Source: Thermoguttaceae bacterium (GTDB taxonomy: Bacteria; Planctomycetota; Planctomycetia; Pirellulales; Thermoguttaceae). From it: DNA of 40,088 bases. The position numbers were made by a program, and so were the translations under genes. Below are positions 18,201-25,354 of the stretch, piece by piece; the first letter of the stretch is position 1, and each line of letters opens with the position of its first letter. A model generated the notes under the pieces. It was not told where the DNA came from and did not search any database. It saw only the letters and a program-made list of their open reading frames with translations. The stretch is taken from NCBI GenBank assembly GCA_049516935.1, contig JBEKSO010000001.1, forward strand, positions 1 to 40,088. The letters run 5' to 3'.

Positions 18201-19241
18201 CCGATCATCGTCCAAGGCGTGGGCGTGGGCGGCAATGGCGCGATCATCAACGGCAACGCCGCCGTCGCGCCTGGCGCTACGCAATACGACGTGAGCAACG
18301 TCACACTAATCGGCAATACGACTATCGGCGGCACTTCCACCACGGACACCATTTACAATAGCGGTCTGCCCGGAAGTCAATATGTCGGTCGCTGGTCGTT
18401 GCGCGCTCAATCCGGAGTAACGCCGGTCCTGAGCACAAACGGACATGCTTACACCCTTACCAAAGTCGGCAACAATCAGATCATGTTGATCAATGTCACG
18501 GCCGACACCGCGTTGGGCGACGTCTTCGTCAACAAAGGCGTGTTATCGCTGGAAGGCACAACCTCTTTGGGCAATTCGGGCGCCATCACGGTCGACGGCA
18601 GTGCCCTTGGCCAGCCCGCCGGCGGCTCAATGTTGCAGTTCCGAAACCTAACCGTGCCGTTGTCCAAGAACGTCTCGCTTCAAAATAACGGCCAGATCTA
18701 CTCCCTGCAAAACGGCTCCGATACCAGCACCTCGAATACGGTAACCGGAACGGTCACCATCGGCAGCACCGGCGGCCAATTCAACGCCGGCGGCGTGCGC
18801 GCCGACTATGCCTCGGGTACCGGCGCGAATTCCAGCGCGATAATGACCATTCAAGGCAATATCATCGGAACGGGCAGCCTGACCTGTCCCGGGCCCGGCA
18901 CCGTGTTTATTACCAGCTCGACTGTCAGCTACAGCGGCAATACAACCATCAACTCGGGTACGCTCCAGATCAATAGCGCCCCTGGCGCGACTGTTGCCTT
19001 GCACGCCGTCTCAGGCAGCGGCACGCTTGGCATAGGCAACGGCGCCGCAACCTCTGTAACGGCCGATTCCGTCAAAACGGGCACCTTGACCATCGGCGCG
19101 GGCGCCACGTTGACCATTAATGCGATCCCGGGCGGCCCGTCTGCGGGTTTGGGCCCGATATCGCCGGTTCCAGAACCGGCCACCTGGGCTATGCTCATGC
19201 TGGCAGCCATGGGACTGGGAATTTACTGGCGCCGCCGGTAA
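12285..19241 (+). CDS. giant (2318 aa) autotransporter-associated beta-strand-repeat (PATR) surface protein with PEP-CTERM sorting signal
   Basis: Many copies of the PATR-type block (e.g. LTKSGSGTLTLSGSNSYSGITTITTGTLQAG), very Gly/Thr/Asn/Ser-rich. The C-terminus VPEPATWAMLMLAAMGLGIYWRRR is PEP motif + TM + Arg cluster. A strong RBS precedes 12285. The signal-peptide-like MRIMLPAAIILALVCSAPGAA starts at the alternative ATG at 12357. Confidence 0.9.
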   Translation: MSPTKRTSHDRQIFAFDSKFIVRAMRIMLPAAIILALVCSAPGAAVTWTGPLGGLWSTGTNWSSTPTPPDSTSDVSFTSATAVTNTNVTNEVGSGITTVESLAYSQTGTSATVYHTTQIDGTLKVAGYSAASSPSWANGNITLYAYATAGNTSVIDDTVIKGGGTLDLSNSLGGNTNGDIIVTANSGSDGTRVGELDLTGLSSFNANVDQILIGYSQGGTSSRPLGVMYLAQSNTITLNNTTGVSSNNVNAGLVIGYAGNDVNSHTSSLYLGQTNVINVQNVVVGGQRQYGTMSFNPAFLGGSTAPTLVMRGQTGTDDSRVSTISIGDLSDAGDVSNRANGTMDLTGGHVDIKVDTIYLGKTAAASSSRNYAVPGTLNFDNGTIDATTILCGDQTATNNHNSQGTISVSGTGNLIIGSPGLTLGFFTATNGSSNASGTLNIRNSATVSSTAANIVDGGGNSVISMSGTSTLNMGGHNIGTVDNPIDSFTISGGTINDLGALAMAKFYPRTTFSLTASGGTTITAGGLIDMRNGGANTFTSGNLTLKGSATMYFELSDSTSGTNDQINLDSIAFNGGTLSVNVSPLVGNFSTGTYALMKFASQPASTPGYAISDTTRNTYPNLPQINPSAGGGYELDLWGISAGTPHGLTWNGTTTGTWDLKTTSNWNWTSGTGFNGLADKYYDLDNVTFGDLGATTTITVSNSGGAGMVPGSVTVSSDHDYTLKGSASTDKISGSTGITKTGSGTLTISLTNDYTGATHINGGKIILGNASSLGSSSASVYVNGGTLDLNDQQLGGTPKAVYIQGTGMLVGGVGIGAIVNNATTAPGSNQYDIINLILTGNATIGGTSTTNSTYSGLPGGNVGLWKVHGPFGSSTLGSQGAYSLTKVGNNMVWLMNTTTNSSFLNLNINQGILGLDGTTSLGDPNGTITVDGTSGGAMLWLNDVSIILNKNVVLTGGSNAFIHARGNIAPTDNTISGTVSIGSTGGFGGTIDTGSAQAGSYSSSSSARLNISGVIQNYGGSGGTLIKSGPGTLNVTNSGNTFNGMTNLTGGTLINTGALLGGVTMSTGTTLVGTGSFGGTVTDASGAVISPGATSATGSVGTLAMNNLTLTGGGQINYDLATSSGNDLISLGGTLSLTGTTEINIPNINNIASGTYTLITCAGKSGGGGFHLLNVPQNTRRLFTIDNAPTTQVTYSLIGTAASLEWKGDGGNNYWDVVTTQNWLNNAAPDIFYNFDGVTFNDDYMNQTVALNQDVAPSSITVDSARTYTITGQHKITGTTGLTKSGSGTLILANGFSSSNDFSGPIQINLGTLQVGDGSTPNALIGTGAITNNGQLLFIQTESHTVANAISGTGSVEQRGSGVLTLSGSNSYSGITTITTGTLQAGSNTALGTTAGGTTIADGATLDVNNMNLGDETVTVQGQGVNSAGAIVNNNMATSTVAQNALRFVVLTGDTTFGGQATDSGSGPIANSGRWEIRGVPAELATINTNGNSYNITKVGNNQVSFVRLTADSALGDIHIGDSNTYTPGGILALIANTSVGDPAKTITVAYNSTLQLEGLTIPLAKKISLDGGTLYANAISSPTATDNTILGTVTITNNGGTLNTGGIRSDVPTASANVGMIINGVVSSSSSAAILTKMGPGTVTLANANNTFNGTVNLNDGTLIVNGSLTGGITMAAGTVTTTLAGNGTILGAVSDYYSTNIAPGATAGVGSVGILNIGGSGVGLTLGGSGKITMDLSNDPGNSDLINVNGPLNVAAGVTNVNINIIGGYLQGSPGGTLYPLIHYASITGDDSNFAAPSTDSRQTYSIYKDDSAMNIDLKVVGSAANLTWHGDGSANAWDVKTTTNWTGADSKFWTGDQVLFDDSSPNLTVNIAPATVIPGTITVSSGHNYIFAGTGSISGGTSLTKSGTGSLTINTSNTYSGPTIINQGTIILGSANALGNATGTITINGGTQGSPGGTLDLNTQQLYAQPIIVQGVGVGGNGAIINGNAAVAPGATQYDVSNVTLIGNTTIGGTSTTDTIYNSGLPGSQYVGRWSLRAQSGVTPVLSTNGHAYTLTKVGNNQIMLINVTADTALGDVFVNKGVLSLEGTTSLGNSGAITVDGSALGQPAGGSMLQFRNLTVPLSKNVSLQNNGQIYSLQNGSDTSTSNTVTGTVTIGSTGGQFNAGGVRADYASGTGANSSAIMTIQGNIIGTGSLTCPGPGTVFITSSTVSYSGNTTINSGTLQINSAPGATVALHAVSGSGTLGIGNGAATSVTADSVKTGTLTIGAGATLTINAIPGGPSAGLGPISPVPEPATWAMLMLAAMGLGIYWRRR

Positions 19242-19257
19242 GAGCATGACAACATAA

Positions 19258-19286
19258 TTGGGGTGACGGTTAAACCGTCACCCCAA
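19258..19286 (+). terminator. perfect 12-bp stem hairpin directly after the giant gene
   Basis: TTGGGGTGACGG-TTAAA-CCGTCACCCCAA. There is no U-tract, so it may be a stabiliser or REP rather than an intrinsic terminator. Confidence 0.4.
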
Positions 19287-19318
19287 TACATTTCTACACC
19301 TGTTTTAATCTATCTCAA

Positions 19319-19352
19319 CCACTCTTACGCTTCGGCGCAAGAGTGGTTTTTT
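19319..19352 (+). terminator. Rho-independent terminator
   Basis: CCACTCTTACGC-TTCG-GCGCAAGAGTGG (11/12 paired, UUCG-type tetraloop) followed by TTTTTT (19347-19352). Confidence 0.75.
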
Positions 19353-19467
19353 ATCCAATAAGCTCAGGAAAAAACTTATCCGAACTTCTGGTTTTTTAAT
19401 CTGTCAGAACATTTGGCACACTTGTCGCTACGATTTCGGCGTACTTCTAAAAGCGAGCACGCGGCAT

Positions 19468-21189
19468 CTACTGCTTGTGCATCGCTTGTTCGATCTGGCC
19501 GATCACGGCCGTGGCAAGGCGATGGGATGCCGTTCTTTTGCCGATCGTGATTTGTTTCCCGGCGCCGTAGGCGACGACGATATTGTAGTAAGCGGTCTGG
19601 CCCGATTGCATCCCTTGGACAGGTTCGATTTTGGCGACGTCGGAAGCATCGACCCAGTGAGTTTTGCCCAGTCCGAAAAGTCCGCCGGTGACCGACAGGC
19701 CTTGCGGCGATACGTCCACGGCACTTTTATAGAACCACATGTCAGCCACAAATAATAAAAGCAGCACGTCGAACAGGCCGAAAACGATGGGAAAGAAGAG
19801 TGGCGCCTGCAAGTAAATCAATACCACGACCATGCCGGACAACAAGAGCCAGAACGCCGAAAGCGCCAGCGCACTACCCGGATTCCGGCCCATGGGGAAG
19901 GTGAATTTGAAGCCCTCGCCGCTTGGCGACGGCTGCCGGTAGACGCCCGCATCGTGAAGGTCGCGCTCGGGATTCGGCGGGAGGGCATACTCGGCCATCA
20001 CGCTGGAATCGGCAACGAAGTTGGCATTGCTTTCCGCGGTTTTAAACACGGGCACGTCGAAGGCGGCGCTGTAATCGACTCCCGGCACCTTCGCTTTAGC
20101 CGCCAGACGCCAGATGATCTGATTATCCGGCGCCGTCTCGTCGGTCGGACGGCACTCGTAAGGGATGGCGAATAGAACGGGGATAGCCGTATGGTCGGGA
20201 TCGTTTTGCAACAAATCGCGGCCCACGACCTGGTCGTCCTGCCAAAGGACATGTTCCGATGTGCTGCGGCTCTTGCCGCTGCCGGTGGTCACCCTATTGA
20301 TGCAGTTTAACGTGATCCGAAAGCCGTCTTCGGGCAGAACCTTGGCGGAGGTGCGGACCACGCCGGCAATTTGCCCGCCGATCACGCCGGGTACGGATGC
20401 CATCTGGAACACTGATTGACCGAACTTGCGCCACCGCAGCACCGAGTATGTCGCCCATACTATGAGGCCCAGCCCCACTATGGGAAATATTACTCCGATG
20501 AGTGCCAGCCAATTGCCTTTACCGAGCACTTCGCCCGGAAGCACGAACAACAGCGGAGCGGAGATCACGTTCCAAAGTGCGGCAAAGGCCAGCGAGAACA
20601 TCATGGCCGTGTGGTTTGATGAGACGACCTTGCCTTCGGCCCAATCTTGTTTCCAAAGCCAGGGTTCATCGGGATGAGCGGCCGCGAGCGCCGCTTCGAC
20701 CCGGGCCTTGCGCCGGCCCAGCAGGCAGGCGGTCAGTATGCCAAAGCCCGCCCCGCCGAATATAAGTACGAATATCGACTGGAAGCCGAGCATTTCCCAG
20801 CGCAGATCGCGGAACAAGATGGCTTCATCGGGCCGCTGTGGATCGACGTAACAGTGGAAGGGTTTGCCAGATTTCCGGCATTCGCTCAGTTTGCGATACA
20901 CGTCCTGATGGAATGAGCCGATATTGTCCGAGCCGTAAAAGCTAACCCGCGTTCCCGTGTATTTCTTGTTACCGTACTGGTACGTGTACTGGGCCGACAC
21001 TTCATAGGTGGCGGTTTTTCCTTTGTTGACTTTAAGGTCTGCGCGGACGATTTTGGCCGGCACTTCTTCCCAGCCCCGCATTTTCAAATGGGCGATGACC
21101 GTCCAGCCCATCCACGCTCCGAATCCCACGCCGACGGCGGCAAAGGGCAGAGCGAACAGTATCAAAAAACCAAAACCTTTCTTAATCAT
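19468..21189 (-). CDS. DUF3592 domain-containing polytopic membrane protein
   Basis: The N-terminus has the DUF3592 layout: TM, then a beta-rich stretch (GWEEVPAKIVRADLKVNKGKTATYEVSAQYTYQYGNKKYTGTRVSF), then TM. Further TM clusters follow, then a central soluble region and a C-terminal soluble ~90 aa. The ORF-track start at 21228 is TTG; ATG candidates are at 21222 and 21189 (MIKKGFGFLILF...). Confidence 0.6.
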   Translation of the reverse strand: MIKKGFGFLILFALPFAAVGVGFGAWMGWTVIAHLKMRGWEEVPAKIVRADLKVNKGKTATYEVSAQYTYQYGNKKYTGTRVSFYGSDNIGSFHQDVYRKLSECRKSGKPFHCYVDPQRPDEAILFRDLRWEMLGFQSIFVLIFGGAGFGILTACLLGRRKARVEAALAAAHPDEPWLWKQDWAEGKVVSSNHTAMMFSLAFAALWNVISAPLLFVLPGEVLGKGNWLALIGVIFPIVGLGLIVWATYSVLRWRKFGQSVFQMASVPGVIGGQIAGVVRTSAKVLPEDGFRITLNCINRVTTGSGKSRSTSEHVLWQDDQVVGRDLLQNDPDHTAIPVLFAIPYECRPTDETAPDNQIIWRLAAKAKVPGVDYSAAFDVPVFKTAESNANFVADSSVMAEYALPPNPERDLHDAGVYRQPSPSGEGFKFTFPMGRNPGSALALSAFWLLLSGMVVVLIYLQAPLFFPIVFGLFDVLLLLFVADMWFYKSAVDVSPQGLSVTGGLFGLGKTHWVDASDVAKIEPVQGMQSGQTAYYNIVVAYGAGKQITIGKRTASHRLATAVIGQIEQAMHKQ

Positions 21190-21349
21190 GGGACAATCAC
21201 GACTCCTGGCTGGAAGAACCATCGGCAAGTTTATTGGTCTAATTTACGCCCGGCCGCGCTCGGGGAATCTAAGGTGGAATCGGCTTGCAAGGGATGGAAA
21301 AAAAGTTGGAATAAATTTGTCCGTCATGCGACAGGCTTCGCGGCCGCAA

Positions 21350-23665
21350 TCATTTCCGTTTCCAGGTTGTGCCCGAGGGGGCGTCTGTAAGGTGGATGCC
21401 CATCGTCTGGAGTTTTTCTCGGAGGGAGTCGGCCTTTTTAAAATCTTTCGTTCGGCGGGCGTCGTCGCGGGCTTCGACAAGGCTTGCCACCTGCTCGTCG
21501 GGCTGTTCGCTCCGGATGTCGATGACATCCAGGACTTTGTTGGCCTGGCGCATGAAGTCAAGGACCCCTCGGGCCTGATCGCCGTCCAATTCTCCGCCGC
21601 CCAGCAGTCGGTTGACGTGACGAATAAAAGCAAAGAGCCTGCCTATAGCCTTGGGTAGGTTCAGATCGTTGTCCAAGGCGTTTTGCCAGCCTGCGCGGGT
21701 GGCGAACAGGGCTTGATCCAACTCGGGGCTGTGCCGGCCCGTGGTGTATTGCCCCAGGCGGGCGGCAAACTCGTTCAGGCGCGACACGCAATTCGCGGCC
21801 CGCTTTAGCTCTCCCACTGAGTAGTTCAGCACCGTGCGATAATGCGTGGCCAGCAGCCAGTAGCGGACCGTCGGTCCGTCAAAACCCTGTTCCAGGAGTT
21901 GCTCGAGGGTGAGATCGTTGCCGGCGGCGCGGCTTACTTTTTTACCGTCGGCCATGACCACTTCGCAGTGCATCCAAAGCTTAGCCAACGGTTTGTCCTG
22001 CAGGCCGCAGGCAATGGCGATCTCGTTGTCGCCGTGCGGGAAGGTGAGGTCGGTGCTGGCCGTGTGGATGTCAAATGGCTGGCCCAGGCAACCCACGGCC
22101 ATGCAAGCGCACTCCACGTGCCAGCCCGGCCTAGCGTTGCCCCAGGGAGTGGGCCAGAATATGCCGGCCTTGAGCTCGGCCAGCGTGGGACGCTTGAAGA
22201 GCGCGAAATCGCCCGGATTGTCCTTTTCGTAGTAGTCGTAGGTGGTCGATGAATCGCGCCGCATCCGCTTCGGCTCGATCCCGGACAGCCTTCCATAATC
22301 GGGAAAACTGTTGATCCTGAAGTAGACCGAGCGCAGCTTTTCGTAGGCCAGCCCTTTTTCCAAAAGACTGCGGGTCTGTTCGACCATGTCGTTGACGTGC
22401 TGGCTGGCCTTGGGATAGTGGTGCGCTCGCTTGGCGCGGAGGATATCCAGGCTTTCAAAAAAAACCTTTTCCCAGCGGGCCGTGAATTTTTGCAGGTTCT
22501 CTCCTGACTTGAGGCACTCGCGCACGGTGCGGTCGTCGATGTCGCCCAGGTTCATGGCATGCTTGACTTGATAGCCGCGATACTCGAGATAGCGCCTAAG
22601 CACGTCGGAAAAGACCACCCGACGGCAAAGGCCCAAGTCGGGAGGTCCGTCCAGGCTTGGCCCGCAGGAATAGATCGTCACCTTGCCGGGCGATACGGGC
22701 TCCAACTGTTCTACCCGGCCGGGCAGGGTGTTGTAGAATCGCAAGGGTTCCGGCACCGTATCGGAGACGAACAAAGAAGTGGAAAGGTAGCGTTCGCCCC
22801 CGTCCGGCAACAGGGCGACAACCGTGCCTTTGCCCAGCGTCCGAGCTTCGTCCAGGGCCACCTTCATGGCCGCCCCGGCGCTCATTCCCACAAAGATTCC
22901 CTCTTCTCTTGCCAGGCGTCTGGCGGCCTCATACGCCGGATCATCGTCCACGTGGACGATTGCATGAAGTTCTTCCGGCTTGAAGATCCCGGGTGCGTAG
23001 CTTTCCTTCATGTTCTTGAGGCCCTGGATTTTATGCCCTTTGAAGGGCTCGACGCCGACCACGCGGATGGCCGGATTTAGTTCGCGCAATGCCCGGGTGA
23101 TGCCCATCAGCGTCCCCGTGGTGCCCATGGTAATAACCACGACGTCGACCTTGCCCCCGGTGGCCTCCCAGATTTCCCTGCCGGTGCCGTAGTAATGTGC
23201 TTGCCAGTTGGCCTCGTTGTTGAACTGATCGACCAGGACATACTTTCCCGGTTCTTCGCGGGCCAGGCGATAGGCCTCTTCGATGGCCCCGTCGGTGCCC
23301 CGATAGCCGGGCGTCAGCAGGATCTGCGCACCGTAGGCCTTGAGAATCCGCTTGCGTTCCTCGCTTGCCGACTCGCTCATCGTGACCAGGAGTTGATAGC
23401 CCTTGACCGCGCAGACCATGGCCAGTCCGATGGCCGTGTTGCCGGAGCTGGCCTCCAACACGATCTTGCCGGGAACCAGCTCGCCGGTGGCCTCGGCTTG
23501 CTCGATCATCCTTAGGCCGATGCGGTCCTTTACCGACCCCCCCGGATTCATTAATTCGAGTTTGACCAAAACCTCGACGTCGGCCACCGGATTCATGCGG
23601 TTAATACGCACGAGCGGGGTGTTTCCAACCAGTTCCAGCACCGAATTGACTTTGATCGGCGGCAT
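21350..23665 (-). CDS. fusion protein: PLP-dependent cysteine synthase (CysK/CysM family) + full-length cysteinyl-tRNA-synthetase-like module with degenerate HIGH/KMSKS
   Basis: The N-terminal module has NTPLV, GGSVKDR (PLP lysine), SSGNTAIG, GTTGTLMG, MSAGAA and LPDGGERYLST. The C-terminal module has LRFYNTL..VTIYSCGPS, GWHVECACM, FPHGDNEIA and a CysRS-type anticodon-binding tail. The ORF-track start at 23695 is GTG; I prefer the ATG at 23665, preceded by AAGGA (MPPIKVNSVLELVGNTPLV). Confidence 0.85.
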   Translation of the reverse strand: MPPIKVNSVLELVGNTPLVRINRMNPVADVEVLVKLELMNPGGSVKDRIGLRMIEQAEATGELVPGKIVLEASSGNTAIGLAMVCAVKGYQLLVTMSESASEERKRILKAYGAQILLTPGYRGTDGAIEEAYRLAREEPGKYVLVDQFNNEANWQAHYYGTGREIWEATGGKVDVVVITMGTTGTLMGITRALRELNPAIRVVGVEPFKGHKIQGLKNMKESYAPGIFKPEELHAIVHVDDDPAYEAARRLAREEGIFVGMSAGAAMKVALDEARTLGKGTVVALLPDGGERYLSTSLFVSDTVPEPLRFYNTLPGRVEQLEPVSPGKVTIYSCGPSLDGPPDLGLCRRVVFSDVLRRYLEYRGYQVKHAMNLGDIDDRTVRECLKSGENLQKFTARWEKVFFESLDILRAKRAHHYPKASQHVNDMVEQTRSLLEKGLAYEKLRSVYFRINSFPDYGRLSGIEPKRMRRDSSTTYDYYEKDNPGDFALFKRPTLAELKAGIFWPTPWGNARPGWHVECACMAVGCLGQPFDIHTASTDLTFPHGDNEIAIACGLQDKPLAKLWMHCEVVMADGKKVSRAAGNDLTLEQLLEQGFDGPTVRYWLLATHYRTVLNYSVGELKRAANCVSRLNEFAARLGQYTTGRHSPELDQALFATRAGWQNALDNDLNLPKAIGRLFAFIRHVNRLLGGGELDGDQARGVLDFMRQANKVLDVIDIRSEQPDEQVASLVEARDDARRTKDFKKADSLREKLQTMGIHLTDAPSGTTWKRK

Positions 23666-24283
23666 TAAAAAATCCTTGTAAGTGTTTGCAGTCACTGCTA
23701 TTAGGCCGTTTTAGTAGTCACAGCCGCAAGCGATTAGTAGAGCAATAAGGACTTTCAAAGTCAAGATTCAATTATTTCCGCAAGCACGCGGAATTTGCTA
23801 TTGCCCGCAATCTCACGATCCCGTGCCGAGCGTTTCCACTGTGTCAGTTTTAAAGATTTAGCAGTGGTTATTCACCCGCGCCGCTCTCGCACTCGCGGCG
23901 GACGATCTTCTTATGGTGGGGGGGCGCATACGCCAATATTCCCCGTTGCGGGTGCCATTCACCCCCTTTCAAAGACCATAACGGCATGATAAATTAGTGG
24001 ACATCAGGCGATGGGGCCGCCGAAACAGTGCGTTTCCTTTCGCGGGGATACGGTTGTGGTCTTCGGCAATCCGTGACCCTGGTAACGAGGCAGCGTCCAC
24101 ATACCTAGCCGTGTTGCTTGCCGTGTAAGCCATCGGCTTCCCGGCGGGCAGTTCTTATGCTGGGTGTTTTCCATTTTTTCGTGATCCGCCGCGTGATGCG
24201 CTGCGCGTCGATGTCGGCGGTTTGCGTTGATCATAGGTATTGCGTGTTCCAACATTTTTCACTTGAAGCAAGGAGAACTAATC

Positions 24284-25306
24284 ATGTGTCACAAATTGAA
24301 TCAGATGGTTTTGGCGGCGGCGATAGTTTTGACAGCCGGTATGGTCTCGGCTAACGTATTCAACATGGGACCGGGTTTAACTAGCCTGGAAATGGTGCCC
24401 GTGGGCGATCCGGGCAATGCACCCAATAATCTCATAATGGTGCCACCAAGTCCCAGCGATAGCATCACTTACGATGGCTCGGTGGGCTACGCCTACAAAA
24501 TCGGCAAGTGCGAAATTTCCGCCGGGCAATATACGGAGTTTCTCAACGCCGTGGCGGGAAATTCGGACCCATACGGCCTTTACAATAGCTACATGGCAAC
24601 CACCAGAGCTGGCGGACAAATTACCAAAAGTGGCAGCGTTTACACGGCGGCCTTGCCGAACCAACCGGCGAATTGTATCTCTTGGGGCGATGCGGCACGG
24701 TTCTGCAACTGGATGGCCAACGGCCAACCTACTACGGGCGTCGAAGATTTCTCGACTACCGAAGATGGTTCATATTACCTCAACGTTACCGACTGGTTGG
24801 CGATTACGCGCAAACCAGGCGCTACCTGGTTTATCCCTACCGAGGACGAATGGTACAAGGCGGCGTATTACGACCCGAACAAAGGCGGTCCTGGAGTCGG
24901 CGGCTACTGGCTCTGGCCCACGAAGAGCGACGATTGCCCGAGCAACGAGTATCCCTCGTCGGGCACCAACAATGCAAATTATAACGCAGATACGCGTAGT
25001 AGCGGCCCACCGTACACCACCGAAGTCGGCTCGTTTGCCAACTCATTGAGCGCCTACGGTACGTTAGACCAGGGCGGGAATGTATGGGAGTGGAACGAAA
25101 CGGTCTTTCCCGAGTATTCGTCGCGTGGGGTGTGCGGTGGGGGGTGGTGGGATCCGGCCCCGTGGTTTAGAGCCGACCATCACTCATGGTTTGGCGGGGG
25201 CGACAACACGGGGTTCCGCGTAGCAGAGGTTCCTGAGCCCGGTAACATTACCTTGCTCGTGTGCGGTGCGATTGCCGGTTTGATCTGGTGGAGACGCCAG
25301 AGATAG
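24284..25306 (+). CDS. formylglycine-generating-enzyme (SUMF1/FGE-sulfatase) domain protein with PEP-CTERM anchor
   Basis: Family blocks are present: CISWGDAARFCNW, IPTEDEWYKAAYYD and GTLDQGGNVWEWNE. The C-terminus VPEPGNITLLVCGAIAGLIWWRRQR is PEP-CTERM. The ATG at 24284 is preceded by AAGGAG, and a signal peptide MCHKLNQMVLAAAIVLTAGMVSA follows. Confidence 0.8.
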   Translation: MCHKLNQMVLAAAIVLTAGMVSANVFNMGPGLTSLEMVPVGDPGNAPNNLIMVPPSPSDSITYDGSVGYAYKIGKCEISAGQYTEFLNAVAGNSDPYGLYNSYMATTRAGGQITKSGSVYTAALPNQPANCISWGDAARFCNWMANGQPTTGVEDFSTTEDGSYYLNVTDWLAITRKPGATWFIPTEDEWYKAAYYDPNKGGPGVGGYWLWPTKSDDCPSNEYPSSGTNNANYNADTRSSGPPYTTEVGSFANSLSAYGTLDQGGNVWEWNETVFPEYSSRGVCGGGWWDPAPWFRADHHSWFGGGDNTGFRVAEVPEPGNITLLVCGAIAGLIWWRRQR

Positions 25307-25354
25307 AACCCTTTCTGCTTTATACATTTTATCCTTTACCTTGTGCATCGGCGG

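Noticed and set aside
14205-18284. Several 130-260-aa minus-strand ORFs inside the giant gene (e.g. 14205-14774, 16239-16841, 17499-18284)
   Set aside because: All are antisense to a continuous 2318-codon ORF that has coherent repeat architecture, a signal peptide and a PEP-CTERM. Their translations are Arg/Gly/Ala-rich noise.
21008-21658. 216-aa plus-strand ORF bridging the DUF3592 and fusion genes
   Set aside because: It is antisense to both real genes and has no recognisable features.
23696-24283. Possible riboswitch or ncRNA in the 590-bp divergent region upstream of the cysteine-synthase fusion (GC-rich, several hairpins, e.g. 23926-23990 and 24020-24160)
   Set aside because: I could not match it to consensus cores I know (SAM-I, cobalamin B12 box, T-box, SRP, RNase P, tmRNA, 6S). 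The structures are short and non-diagnostic. A covariance-model scan (Rfam/Infernal) is needed before any claim.
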